From Sphyrna mokarran (lineage: Eukaryota): a stretch of 64,000 bases of DNA. Position 1 is the first letter of the stretch; every line of letters begins with the position of its first letter. Position numbers and translations under genes: made by a program. The stretch spans positions 34,100,001-34,164,000 of the forward strand of contig JAGIQG010000019.1 in assembly GCA_024679065.1 (NCBI GenBank). The letters run 5' to 3'. Below, piece by piece: positions 36,696-49,954 of the stretch. Under the pieces are notes generated by a model that saw only the letters and a list, made by a program, of their open reading frames with translations, ran no database searches and was not told where the DNA came from.

Positions 36696-36989
36696 TTTGA
36701 GATGGTTAAGAGGAGATTAGATAGATGTTTAAAATTATGAAGGCCTATATAGGAAAGTGTTCCCATTGGCAGGTTATCAACAATGAGATGATTGGCAAAA
36801 GAATCAGAGACAAATGAAGAAAGCCCATTTTATGCAGTGAGTAGTTAGGATCTGGAATGCATTGCCTGACAGTGTAGTGGAGGTAGATTTAGTCATGGCT
36901 TTCAAGAGAAAATTGGATAATTATGTGAAGAAAAATAATTACAGGGCGAAATGGGGAAGTGAGATCAAATGAGTAGCTCTTTTATGACA

Positions 36990-39870
36990 AAAGCCTGAAG
37001 GCAGAACCCAAATGAATTTGGAGATGTAACTGGTGGGTCAGCAAGCCAACACATTCCTGCATCCAGGCATTCTTCCCCAAGGGAGTCCATCCAAAGTTAT
37101 GGCTACCTACCTGAGGTGGCAAATAGTCAATAATCAGCAATTAAAGGCTAATTAGTCAACCGTCTAAGACAATTTCAGATCTTCCCAACATCACGAGCTC
37201 CAAGCTATGTCAACACCTCAACAGTAGGTGACCATTGTTCAATGAAAGAGACAAATATTCTGGAGTTAAAAGTAGTATGGTGGTAGGAAAGAGTGAATTA
37301 AAGTTTGCATCAAATGGACCAACAAAACTTTAAGGAGATTAATGCTGCCCACTATACAGCATTGATATATGGTCCGAGTAATTTACTCAGTTGGTTGCCT
37401 GAACTGCAGAAGAGGAGCTAAATGGAGACCAACACAGGCAGACACAGGTAGCAGAGCTCAACTTTGGAGTCAGGGTAGAACACAGAAGAGGGCAGCTGCA
37501 ATGAAGCAGAATTTGTAGGTAACATCTCAATTTTAAAAAACTTTTCAGACTAGGATTTGATCCTGACTGACAAGGGTTATCCATTGAAGGCCTGGTCATG
37601 ATGCCAGTACAAAGTTCTTACACTGAGGCAGAGGAAAAGTACACTGTTGCCATTATTCCACCAAGCCAACAACTGAACAGTCGATGGAACTTCTTAGGAT
37701 GTGTTTTAGGTACCTTAATCACTCTGGGGTGCCTCCAGTATCTATCAACAAGCATTTCATACTTAGTGGTGATGTTCTGCACCCCACAGCACATGACAGT
37801 GCAGTGAGAAAAGCAGTTGAAGCAATATGACTGTCATCAGAAGACAGCCTGACTCAAGTCAATGTGGGGAGTGAGGAACAACTGTGCTTGCTCATCTTGC
37901 CCATGCTGAGGCATCAGCAGATAGACAGGGGCAGAGGGGATGCCTTATCCATACCAGGTTTCTAATAGTGGTTTATTCTCCAACTGCTGTTTTCAGAATT
38001 TGATTAATCTCGATCAATGCATGCTCCAGCTTATCTAACCCATGCCTCTCAACCTTTTGCCTTTCCCATTCCACTGCCACACTTCATGCCAGCCCTACAT
38101 GTAACCTGTAGTCATGGTTGCCCCTGAGTAGGCCTTCTATATGAGCCTGCAACAATGACATGAGGACCATGAGAACACAAACAAACAAGTATTAATTCAA
38201 GAAAAGCAACAAAAGGTTTTATAATCAATGAAAGATGTGTGAAAAATGAAATTGCTATGTTTTTTGAGATGATGGGTATCTCTACATACTGTTCTCCTAA
38301 TGTGGAGGCAGCATACTCTATTGCCTGATGTGCCAAAGGAACTATCTGCAGCCACCATCCTCTGAGTGGACATTTCCTTGAGAACTCAGTGCAGACTTCC
38401 CATCTGCATATATGCAGACACATCCTCAATCATGGAGGCATGAATCAGAGCATGTGTCTCTGGCAGACAAGCCAGGGGACCTGTTGTTGAAATTGGGGTG
38501 CCAAGAGGAGAGTCCCAACATCAGAGGGCCTTCTTGTCCCAGCTCTTTTAGGACACCATTGCACTTGGATGCTGAGAAGAGTGGGAGAATATCTGCTTGC
38601 CATTTTTGCAGTGGTACTCTCGAAGCTTCTAATCATTGTGGTCAAATTGGTAAAACTGCTCCCGCATCCAATCATTAGCTTAACATGTATAAGTTACCAT
38701 CAGGATGGTCAGTCTTTCAATGGAGTGACTCACACACTTGTTCGACTGAATCATGGTGAGACTCTCCATGGATGTACTTTGCTATCTCCTTAGGGAACTC
38801 TGCCAAATATCCACAAATTTCTTTTTTCTACTCCATGTGCACCCTCTTTTCCTGCAAGAATGGGTGAGAGCATCTGCATAAAGGATAAGATTACCGTGAA
38901 AGCTGGGATATTACTGCAACAAAGAAAAGCTTGCATACTACCACTTACATGCTGCAATCCTCACATTTTCCATGAGTGGCCATGTTGCTTGTTTTGCGCA
39001 ATGATAGGCCCAGAGCACACAAGGATCACTATTGCTGAAACTGGTCATAGCTGGACATTCACAATGTATAGGCCAGCATTACTCAAAAGGTCCTGCTTTA
39101 TGGCATCAGTGGGTTTTATAATGTTTATCTTTCCAGACTTCAGAAGGCAATTGAAGCACTGAATTCTGATTATGTTGTGGCTGGAGACCTCCTCTGACAT
39201 TTCCAGCCAAGCCTTTTTTGTCACTGAGGTTGGGTATCTTCCCCCATTCTTTGGAAAAATGATGTAGTTGTGTGTATGCACAACTCCAATTGAAAATTAT
39301 GGTGCGGTCTTTTGACCCCCTTCTCTCCACAATGCTCATCCCTTCAATTCAACAATCTTATATTTACTGTAACGACCAAACAGAATGACTAGACAGCTTT
39401 AAATCTGTTGTTTCCCATCCCCTGAAATCATTGCTGCCCTCATTTGAACAACAGATGCTGATGTGGCAGTGTAATTGGCTATCTATTGGAAGAATTGCCC
39501 TCCTGATGTACTTCAGTCTACAAATGGTGACCTGGAAATGTCCCAGCTCTCATTCAATTTCTGTTAATCATAAGATTCACTAATATGATTAATCATAAGA
39601 ATTGCTTCTTTCAGCATTGTTATCATTCAATGATTAACTGAAATTAACACTTTGACTTTTTGAGGGCAATCATACCAGCTTGTGCCCAGTTTCTCGCCTC
39701 TCAAGTTGGTACTGGCACTGAATTGTTTGTGAATGGAGTTAGGCAAATTTTAATATTAATGAGCTCATTTTAATATGATTAGTGAGACCTAAACATAATC
39801 GTCTGGACATACTAGCCGTAACAGCCTCGCCGGTCAAGGTCCTCACTGGCGAGGATCATATAAGGTCCCC
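36990..39870 (-). mobile_element. Degenerate PIF/Harbinger element with Myb/SANT gene remnant
   Basis: Minus strand 39280-39130: IIFPKNGGRYPTSVTKKAWLEMSEEVSS...QCFNCLLKSGK|gt, typical of Harbinger Myb/SANT-like proteins. Extent approximate. Confidence 0.6.
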
Positions 39871-39874
39871 AACA

Positions 39875-41210
39875 CTGTACTCCAGCTGTAATCAAACCAA
39901 TGCTGTGCAACTCCAACATGACATGACTTTATGGCATGACTAATAAAAGCAAGTGTCCCATATGCCTTCTTAACTGTCTTATTCATGTGCTCTGCCAACT
40001 TCAGAGATCTGTGAATAAATATCCCAAGAACCTTCTGTTCCTCTGGGCTTCACTGTGTCCTGCCATACATTAAATACTTTCAAAAGTGTATCACCTTATG
40101 CTCATCAGGGTTAAATACCATCTGCCATTGGTTTGCCCATTTGACCACCCCAAGTATATCTTTCTGTAACCTATAACCATCTTCTTTACTATTAACCACC
40201 CTAAAATCTGCAAACTTCCTTAACATTCCCCCCACAGTTTCATCTATATTATTTATGTGTAAAACAAATAATAAGGGTTCCATTTCTGCTCTTTGTGGTA
40301 CACCACTGGACACTGGCTTCCACTCACTCAAACAATCTTTTATTACTACCCTTTACGTCCTGTTACTAAGCCAGTTTCTGATCCAGCTTGCCAAGTTTCT
40401 CCGAATTCCACGTGCTTTAACTTTCTCAATCAGTCTGTGAAAGCTTTTCTAAAATCTGTATAAACTACATCAACTGAACTTCCCACATCCACACAATTGA
40501 TCATATTTTTGAAAAATTTGTTAGGCGTGACAAAGCTATGCTGACTATCCCTAATTAACCCATGCCTTTCCAAGTGGATATTAATTCTCTCCTTCAGAAT
40601 TTTCTCTAGTAGTTTCCCTACTACAGACATGAGACTCATTGATCTGTAATTTCCTGGTTCATCTCTACCACCATTCCTGAAAAGTGGAACCACATTCGCC
40701 ATTCTCCAGTCTCTGCCAATTCCCTTGTGGCCAGAGAGAAATTAAAAATTTATGTCAGAGCTCCTGCAATTTCCTGCCTTGTCTCCCACAGCAGCCTGGA
40801 GTGTAATTCATCTGGGCTAGGGGATGTGTCCATTTTTAAACTATCAGAACCTTCTACATCTCATCATTTCCAATGCAAACTGTGCAATTTTCTCAGAGTT
40901 CCTTTTCCAGAGTGAAGACTGAAGAGAAGTATTCACTTCAATGTCCTGTAGCTTCACACACAGATCGTCCCCTTGTTCTCTAATGGGCCTAACTCTTTCC
41001 TTGGTTATCCTCTTCCCTTGAATGTATTTATAAAATATCTTCAGATTCTCCCTAATCCTGTTCACAAGTCTTTTTCATGCCCCCTTTTTGGTCTTCTAAT
41101 TGCTTTTTTAAGTTCCCTCTTTCATTTCCTATATTCTTCAAGGGCTGCAGCTGAATTGCTCCCTTTAGACTTGCTAAAAGCATTTATATTCTTCCTCACC
41201 CAGTCCTGAA
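39875..41210 (-). mobile_element. Degenerate CR1 ORF2 fragment
   Basis: ANVVPLFRNGGRDEPGNYRSMSL, VYTDFRKAF and SSGVPQ motifs. Confidence 0.85.
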
Positions 41211-41239
41211 TTGTTCTGGACATCTTGGACTGGTGTTGT

Positions 41240-41830
41240 GCAATGGAAAAGGACTAGTTGTGAGGAAGATGCAGAGATGCTTCAGCTTGATTTGGGCAGT
41301 GTGTGGGCATATGAGTCGCAGATATAGTATAATGTGGAGAAATGTGAGATTATCCACTTTGGTTGCAAAAATAGGAAGGCAGCTTATTATTTGAATGGAT
41401 TTTAATTGTGAAAGGTGGATACTTAATGAGACCTTGGTATCCTCATATATCAGTTGCTGAAAGTGTGCACGCATGTACAGCTGGCAGTAAAAAAGGTATG
41501 TTGGCCTTCATAGCAAGGATTGAGTACAGGGATAGAGATGTTTTGCTACAGTTGTATAGGGTGTTGTTAAGGCCATACCTGCAATACTGTGTACAGTTTT
41601 GGGGCCTTCATTTGTGGAAGGATATTCTTGCAATACAAAGTTGAGGCCAAAATATTGTATGACTTCAAGAAGGAATTAGCTATCGCCCTTGAAGCTAAAG
41701 GGATCAAGCGATTTGCAGGATCAGGGTATTGAATTTGATGATCAGCCATGATCATAATGAATGCGGAACAGACTTGAAGGGCCAAATGGTCTCCTTCTAC
41801 TTATATTTTCTATATATGTTTCTATGTATA
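41240..41830 (+). mobile_element. CR1 3' fragment
   Basis: LLQLYRVLLRPYLQYCVQFW and CR1 3' UTR. Confidence 0.8.
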
Positions 41831-41834
41831 TGCG

Positions 41835-42035
41835 TAGGATCCCTATAGTGCAGAAGGAGGCCATTTGGTCCATCATGTTTGCACGAACTCTTCGAAAGAG
41901 CATCTTACCCAGACTTACCCCTCTGCCGTATCCCCATAACCCCACACGTTTACCATGCTCAATCCACCTAACCTGCACATCTTTGGACTGTAGGAGAAAA
42001 CTAGACACCCAGAGGAAATCAAACATGCAAACTCA
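41835..42035 (-). mobile_element. V-SINE, 5'-truncated
   Basis: V core cagtccaaagatgtgcaggttaggtggattg and CR1-type tail. Confidence 0.8.
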
Positions 42036-42340
42036 TTAAACATTAAACTGAGGCCCTATCTATCCTCTCAGGTGGATGTAAATAATCCTGTGACTTTATT
42101 CAAAGAAGAGCAGACGAGTTTTCTGGGTGTCCTGGCCGATATTTATCTTTCATCAGTATTATTAAAAGATGATCTGATTATTATGGCATGCTTACATGTG
42201 AGATCTTGCTGTGTGCAATTTGGCTACCAAGCTTCAAACCTCACAATAGTGACTGCATGTTAAAAGTATTTTGTTGCTGGCAAAGTATTTTGCAACATTC
42301 TGAAGTCATGAAAGGCATTATATAAATACCAATTCTTTCC
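42036..42340 (+). mobile_element. Deu-domain SINE 3' two-thirds
   Basis: Matches 23625-23930. Confidence 0.75.
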
Positions 42341-42989
42341 CTTCTAATCTCAAGAATTCAGCTACTTGCTGATTTAACCAGCTAAGCTATAGGGAGAACT
42401 TGTATGGTGTTCTGTGGGCCTGCAGCCACAGACCAGCAACATGAGCTGAGCAATCAACACCAAAAAAGGTAAAAAGCTGCAAAACATGATGCAGACACTG
42501 AGCTCACAGCAAAATTCAGGCATTAGTCAGACTCTCAGACCCTCAGCCTGACAATTGATTGGCACTGACCTCAGATTACTCAGCTCTTCCTTTTGATTTA
42601 AATTGAGAAAACTATTCTTAGGAACAAGTACAAAACTTACCAACCATTCCTCGAATAGAGACTCTCTGGAAAAATTAACACTTATCCAATGATAGGCAAA
42701 AGATTCATTTTCCCTTCCGATGACAGATAGTGGATGGAAAACTGTGTGACTGAAGCAAAGGCTAATCGTCTCCACTTAGTGAGAATGTTATTGAAGAACT
42801 TTTCTGTGTTTGTATCGGCAAAAAATGAAATAGAACGACGGAAGAGTATTGGAAAGGGCTGTGGGATGACATTAGACTCAGCACTCACAACATTCAGGCA
42901 ATATGAATGTGCGTTAAACAAGTGAACAGAATGCTGAATTTCATGACACCAATGGAATATAAGTCGATTGGACTCTTATTGAAGCTTTT

Positions 42990-43850
42990 AACAACTTGCA
43001 TTTATATAGCACCTTTAATATAATCAGACATTCCAAGATGCTTTACAGGAGTGGTATCATCTAGAATATGAAGCTCTGCCATCTAAGGAAATAATAGGAC
43101 AGCTGGCCAAAACCTTGGACAAAGAGGTATGTTTTGATGAGTATCTTAAAGGAAGGAAGAGAGGCAGAGAGGTTGAGGGAACTTCAGAGTTCAGATAGCT
43201 GAAAGCACGGCCACGAATGCTGAAGAGATTACATTTGGGGTGCATGAGAGATCAGTATTGGAGGAGCAAGAAGATTTCAGTGACTTGTAGAGCTGGTGGA
43301 GTTTACAGATAGTGTGAGACCTTGAATGTTTTTGAAAACATTGGTGAGAATTTTAAAATTGAAGAAGTTTGCTTGCAAGAGCCAATGTAGTTCAACAAAT
43401 GCAGAAGTGATGGGTTAATAGAATTTGGTGCGAGTTAGGATGCAGGTTGTAGAGTTTTGGATGAACTCAAGTTTATGGGGCAGCACAGCCATTAGCACTG
43501 CTGCCTCACAGCGCCAGGGACCTGAGTTCAAATTCTGGCGTCGGGTCACTGTCTGTATGGAGTTTGCACGTTCTCCACTCGTCTGCGCGGGTTTCCTCCA
43601 GGTGCATTGGTTTCCTCCCACACTCCAAAGATATGCGGATTAGGTTGATTAGCCATACTTAATTGCCCCTAATGTCACCGGATTAACAGAGTAAATATGT
43701 GGGGTTAGGGAATTGGGCCTAGGTGAAATTGTTGTTGCAGGCTCGATGGGCCAAATGCACTTAAGGATTCTATGTTTCTATGTTGGATGGAAGATAGAGG
43801 ATGGCACTAGTAGATGTGTCTGGAGTAGCACCAGATGTTAGGATATACAA
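42990..43850 (-). mobile_element. L2-like LINE 3' region with nested V-SINE
   Basis: Terminus aggtgctatataaatgcaagttgtt; HKLEFIQNSTTCILTRTK is typical of the L2 ORF2 C-terminus. Confidence 0.7.
43477..43785 (+). mobile_element. V-SINE (HE1-like)
   Basis: gggcagcacagccattagcactgctgcctcacagcgccagggacc head, V core and ttctatg tail. Confidence 0.88.
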
Positions 43851-43959
43851 GGCTGAGAAATTTCCCCCTTTTTGCAGAATACTGATTTCTCAAGTGTGCA
43901 GTTACATTGGAATTGATTTTCTGACCTCTGCCTATTCTAGTTGTTGGTGCACTTGAACT

Positions 43960-44380
43960 CAATCTCAGCCAACCTCCAAAGATCTCCATAATTCAATCTG
44001 TCAGTAGTTTCACATAGACTCTTTTACCTTCAAAGCCCTTCTCCAGGGCTTCTGGTCAGTACACCAGATGACAATAGCACCCACTTTGTTGGTAGGTTTG
44101 ATCACAATGTCACGGTTGGATCTGACGAAGTGAAGGGCAGAAAGTTCAGAAGGAGAGAAGTTGAAATGGGTGATGGGGGAGTCAGAAAAATTGAGACGGC
44201 CAAAGTCCTGATGACAGTTCCCAATGAAAAGATCGAGAGCACGTAATTATCCTGGTGGAGGTGTCCAATTGGAGGCAGGATGTTGGAGGCACGTAACTGT
44301 GGAATGGGGTGTGGGGGAGCGGAGGGGGGGATACTTGACCAAAGAAGAAGGCACAGTAAATCACATGGGCCCTGTATCCA
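43960..44380 (-). mobile_element. Penelope-like element remnant
   Basis: Minus strand RSNRDIVIKPTNKVGAIVIWCTD corresponds to the Penelope RT N-terminal IKPADKG motif. Confidence 0.7.
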
Positions 44381-44894
44381 GGTAGGAATGCTAATTAGCT
44401 GTTCCTTAGACCCACAAATTTACTCTGCCTTTCTATTCATTTAAATAGACAGTTTAAAGTATTATCCATTTATAAAGCACCTTTCAATATTTAAACGTTT
44501 AAACCACTCAGGCTTGTGGTGAGCAGAATTTAGAATAGGTCACATGACCCCCATCCTCCAATTTACCCTAAACTAAAGGCATAGCTCCAAAATATAAAAC
44601 CTTGCATTTGTAACAAAACAATCACTCCCTCATCCAATGGTGCACAATGACAGTCGAATGTACTATCTACGAGATGCACTGCAAAACCTTGCTAAGACTT
44701 TGAAAGCATCTTCCAATCCCGTGACCTCTACTGTCTAGAAGAACATGGGTGGCAAGTATGTGAGAATATGAAGTACAAGTTTTTGTCCAAGTCACATGCC
44801 ATCTCAACTTGAAAATTGGTTTCCTTCTGGATTTTCAACCCATTGCTGGGCTGAAAATCTAGAAGTTTATCAAGACTGTGGGTATACTACACTC

Positions 44895-45390
44895 CATGTA
44901 ATAAGGATATTACTAAACTAGAAAGAGTACAAAGAGATTTACTAGGATGCCACTGGGACTTGATGGTTTGAGTTATGGTTTTCCCTGGAGCGTAGGAAAC
45001 TTAGGGGAGGATCTCATAGAGGTCTATAAAATAGTAAAGAGCGTAAATCAGTTAGATAGTCAACATCCTTTCCCAAAGTTAGGGAACTCTCAAATTAGAG
45101 GGCACAGGTTTAAAGTGAGAGATACAAAAGTGTCCAGAGGGGCAATTTTTTCACATAGAGGGTGATGAGTATCTGGAAAAAGCTGCCAGAACTAGTAGTA
45201 GAGGTGGGTACACGATTGTCTTTTAAAAATCGTTTAACAGTTACATGGGTAAGATGGGTAGAGAGATATGGACCAAACGCGGGCAATTGGAACCACTATT
45301 TTAACCACTAGCTTAGTGGTTAAAAAAAAGGGTGGCATGTATAAGTTGGGCTGAAAGACCTGTTTCCATGCTATAAATCTCTATGACTCT
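44895..45390 (+). mobile_element. CR1 3' end
   Basis: KLERVQRDLL...GEDLIEVYKI...RGHRFKV; tail ctctatgactct. Confidence 0.85.
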
Positions 45391-45929
45391 GACTGCAGCA
45401 TTTAAAGAAGATAACTCACCACTCTTTCCTCTAGGACTATTACTGATAGCAACAAATAGCTTTGCCGGTGATCCTTACATCCCATGAATGAATAATAAAA
45501 ACAACACTACCAAAAATAGTTCCTTAATTTCATTTTGTGTTTGATAGATCTTCCTACACTGCTGATCCTGCAAAACTTTAAACTTTAACCCTGCACTGCC
45601 GATCCTGCAAAACAACAGTCGATATTCTTCAAAAGTAATTAATCCATCTTGGAACATTCTTGGAACTTCTTACAATGTAAAAGACATTATATAAGTTCAA
45701 AGTATTTCCATAAGAAGCCAAAAGATGCTTTGACAACTCGCACCTCCCCCACTCTGAACTCTCCGGACTGTCTCTCACGTACCCCTAGTTCTCTGTTACT
45801 TTCTCCTTTAAACATTTCACCTTATTCCACCCTCTCAACTCTCATTAAAAATTCTCATTTTCTCCTGTCCACACAAGTACAATTAAAATGAAATTTCATT
45901 GAGATGTCTTAATTACTTTCCTTGCAAAG

Positions 45930-46594
45930 TGTCAGTACCAAATTACTTCTCACCGTCACACTCTACTGCAGGATGGCCCACCATTCTGCCACAATCTTTC
46001 CTACCCGGCACTGATTACTCCTGCACAGTGGCAGCAGGACCCTCTTTCTCCTCCACCAATCGCACCTCCACTGATTATATCTACAGAGTGACAATGGGCA
46101 TCTCTGACCTCCACCTCCTCCCCAGTTGGACTGCCCCTTTGGGCCCTGCACCCATAGTTCCTAGTGGGTAGTGCCAAGTTGCCTGCTGGGCATTGCCCAA
46201 GTGCCAGGCTGGCAGTGCCAAGATGCCAGACTGACAGTGGCAGGTTGGCAGTACCCAAGGGGCAGCCTGGCCCTTGTCCTTAGCCTCTGGTTCTGCTGGT
46301 GAGGCCAATACAATTGTTCCCCTCCTTGGGTAGTAGGTGTTTTCCTTGCCTGAGAGAACATTTGGCAGAGCCATAAGCGTAAGTGAACCCAGACAATTGG
46401 AAATCAAGCTCCCAAAACATATGCATACAAGCATTTCAATATATTTAAATAAATTATTCAACCTCTTGTCTATTTCTGGTGAGAAGCTGACCTCACCGGA
46501 AACCTGGCGTTATCCTTATTTCTCAGCTTTTACACAATTTTACGGGCTCGCTCTGGCTGTCGATGGACGGGGTGAGCCAGTAAAGTTCCACCCC
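45930..46594. mobile_element. Non-autonomous DNA transposon remnant (Harbinger-like)
   Basis: Ends gtaaagttccacccc; gtgccaggctggcagtgccaa repeats shared with 34620-34660. Confidence 0.5.
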
Positions 46595-46595
46595 T

Positions 46596-48483
46596 AGTGT
46601 TATGTATCGTCGCATGCTACTCCAACAATTGACAGTTCCTAATCTACCCAAGCTCTACTTCAACATTGTGATGACAAACATAAGACACATTGTGGGCCTG
46701 AAGAATGTTGGTGTTGCCTCAAGATTCAAATAAATTTTGGCTTTTGCTGCTTTTAATCATCCCAATTCCTTTTGAAAACCTCAGATTATTACAGTAACAA
46801 TTGACAACCTCCATCTGTAGGTTTAATATTTCCAACTAATCTAATATTTTCTGCTTCAACTAATCCTGATCCATGAGGCAAGGTCTGTGACCCTCAATTA
46901 CTAGATTAGGTAGTTGAGCTGTTTGGCTTCTGTAGGATATAGTAACTACTGCTGACCCTACTGTCTTCAATGTTTCTTCTGTATAGGTAGACAAAATGGC
47001 TCTTGAATCACTCAACCTCAAGGGCTGCAGACCTTTTTGAAGGTATCGAAATGCTTGCTCCCTGTGACTGTGGCCGCTGCTCCAGTATCGAAATCCATTT
47101 TAAGAGATCTGTCATTTACCATCAAAGCTATCTCTATAGGGGCACCTTATTGAGTTGCACCTGGTTTAAGGTATATGACTTGTGTCCCTTATCGAGCTCC
47201 TCATCCAGTTTTTTTTTTAAAAGAGCTAAATTAACTGTTGTGGTTCTTTTTGCATGTTCTATCCTGACTGCTTCATGCTGTACCAAGCTTGTAAATGATG
47301 CTTTCTTTTACATCGGTAACATACATAATTTCTGCACCAGTGAGTTTCTTGGGCATGTTCTCCCCCACACCAGAAATAGACTTCCATCCATCAGTGCTAC
47401 ACACTGCTCCCTCACCCAGGTTGTTCCTTGCAGTGCCTGTTTGCTGCTACAAACAGTTCACCTCATTGGATATGCCTTGGTAATTTGCTTATGCCCTGCT
47501 CAGTGTATTCACTCTCTTGGGCTGTCTCCACAACTTTTTCTAAGGAGATTTTGGAATAAGCCAGCAACAACTTCTGTATTACAAGACTGTCTGTTCCACA
47601 GGTTAAATGGTTTCTTAACATTTTCCCTAAATCTGGATCAAATTCACAGTGGTCTATTAACACTCTCAATCTGGCCCACAAAGCCAGAGATGGTTTCGCC
47701 TGGCTCCCGGATTGCAAAATGAAATTTATACCTCAACATGATGATTGAAGGTCGAGGTTAACATCATTATTGACCAATTTGACTATGTAGTCAAAAGACT
47801 TTGGGTGGGATTTTCCAGCCACGCTCACCCCCAAAACTGGAAAATCCCATTCCAGATCAATGGACCTTTGCATTGTCCATCCACATTGGCTATGATTCCC
47901 ATGGCGGACAGGACGGGAAAATTTCCCCTTTCATTTCTGAAACAGCAAATGGTGTTAAACTTCTCACTAGGTTGTATGTATGTATATGGGCCATAGACTG
48001 TGAGTGGTATCACCTTTCTTTTTTTATCTGCTGCAATCTCATTTGCTACAAAGAAATAATGCAGTCTTTCAATTTCATGCTCCCGGTTGGGTCCAACGGC
48101 TCAATCTTTCCAATTAAAGGCATTTTTGAGGTGAATGTCCTTGCTTCTTCATAGTTTCGTCATTTGTTCTCCTCCCTCTCCAGCTGATGACTAATTAAAT
48201 TTTTTTCCTCGTCACCAATGTAATAACTTCAAAGGCAACTATCATGGCTTCAGGCTACGAAGTATTTATTACCAACAATATTTATATATGTACAAGCAAT
48301 GGTTTAACAGAGCTGCAATACACGTCATTCTAATCTTCTCCCTGGCTCAAACTGATATTCTTTCTCGACCCAGGATGTACATCCTTGTACCAAATTGGTT
48401 CACTTTCACACACTGCCTCTCCAATCACATGGCCCTTGGTGACTACCCACTTAAAGGGGCCATGCTGGCCCTCCAGTCCTACA
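46596..48483 (-). mobile_element. Truncated Gypsy-type LTR retrotransposon: 5' LTR, PBS, gag, protease
   Basis: LTR ~48483-48219 ending ttaCA, then PBS tggtgacgagg (48217-48207); gag MPLIGKIEPLDP...ERLHYFFVAN and ARLRVLIDHCEF...MLRNHLTCG; protease KMDFDTGAAATV (~47100-47055). Confidence 0.88.
47802..47928. mobile_element. ~125-bp MITE
   Basis: gggtgggattttcc...ggaaaatttcccc; reverse complement of 28604-28731. Confidence 0.8.
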
Positions 48484-48990
48484 CTATTGCAGTCTCCTAC
48501 TCTGCTCCAACTGCAGTGCCCTACTCTAACCTCACTATAGTCTCCTATTTTGCAGCATTGCAATCTCTTAAACAACCCCATCACAATTCCCTACTGCACC
48601 AAAATCTCTTATTCTTGTAGTTCTCAACATTACACTATTAAATCCTCTACGCTCATTGCAGCCTTCTATACCACTCCTTTACAGTCTCCTACTCTATTTT
48701 GTTGTAGTTCATCACTTTAACTCATTGCAATCTCCTACTTTCACCCCATTGAAGTGTCTTATTCTACCCTAATTATATCCTTTTACTCTGCTCCATCACA
48801 GTCCATGGTTTAACCATTGCAGATTCCTGTCTTATTCCAGTGCATTACTCTACTCTCACCCGTCATTGACCTCTAAATTAATCCCATTGCAGTTCGTTAC
48901 TTTAACACAACTGCAGTCTCCCAATTTACCCCATTGTGATCCTCTACTTCAATCCCATCACTCTCTCCTACTTTACCCCTCTTAGAGTCA
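48484..48990. repeat. Degenerate ~24-bp tandem array
   Basis: Units resemble cccattgcagtctcctactctaac. Confidence 0.8.
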
Positions 48991-49359
48991 TTAACACTCA
49001 TAAAAAAGTCTTAAGTTTCCCTTCATTCATCTGATGATTCTAAATCAAGTCCTTCTTATTAAAATCTAAATATGCATGCAGTTTTGCTCTCCACATAAGT
49101 CTGAGGGTTGGATTCTTACAAGTTCCATCTAACCTGATATCAATAAGCTAACCTAGGAACATTTGGTGAAAACATTTTTATTTCAACCTATCTTTACTTC
49201 AGCCCAATAACTGTCAAACAACAACTTGCAATTGTATAGCACCGATAACAGTGCAAGATGCTTTAAGTTGCTTCAAAATTAAAGAAGCAAGGGAAATCTA
49301 AGTTCTGAAAGTATGCAGTAAATGCAATTGATTCACTTAGAACTTTCTTTTTTTCATAG

Positions 49360-49484
49360 CGGAGACTCCAATTGAAGAGTTCACCCCCACACCAGCATTC
49401 CCAGCTCTGCAATACCTGGAATCAGTGGATGTGGAAGGAGTGGCATGGAAGGCTGGGCTCAGGACGGGAGATTTCCTGATTGAG
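49360..49484 (+). CDS. SHANK3: SHANK3-like coding exon, PDZ domain core
   Basis: Acceptor ctttcttttttttcatAG, donor GAG|GTAAAC. Translates (A)ETPIEEFTPTPAFPALQYLESVDVEGVAWKAGLRTGDFLIE. AETP and SVDVEG are SHANK3-type residues (SHANK1/2 have SVDEGG). 125 nt. Confidence 0.95.
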
Positions 49485-49954
49485 GTAAACATCAACTCCT
49501 CTAATTAAAAGTTAATGGTCACTGAAAACAAACTTTATTTTTGCCTCGGGAGAAAGTGTAGTTGGTGAGCTGTGGTTTTAAAGTATTTTGATGATTCCCA
49601 GGGAATTGGCAAAATCGACCCTGGCAATTCGTCATCGTCAATTCTGGCTGACAGTATTGTCTTTTAACCTGGGATTTTGCTGAGAGTCATTGTTGGGCTC
49701 GTATCTTTATAGCCTGGGAGCATTGGCTGGTGGTCTGTTGGCACGGAGTGTTGAATTTTGCTTTGCTAGTCTGGAGTGTTGTGTGGTATCTTTATACCTT
49801 GGAGTGTTTTTTGATGTTTTTTCTGCCCTGAGTATTGCCCAGTGTTTTTCTGAAATGTCAATAAAAATCATAAAATATTGCAGCAAGAAGAGAGATCGGT
49901 ACCAGTGAAGTGCTATTCAAGGTGATAGTAAGGGCTCAGAACAAGTCTACTCTA

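Noticed and set aside
35439-36740. 433-aa RT ORF as a host gene or autonomous element
   Set aside because: 5'-truncated CR1 ORF2 lacking endonuclease and promoter. The C-terminal extension comes from loss of the stop (TAG in the 17k copy, TAT here).
47003-47722. 239-aa + strand ORF
   Set aside because: Antisense shadow of the minus-strand Gypsy gag/protease remnant.
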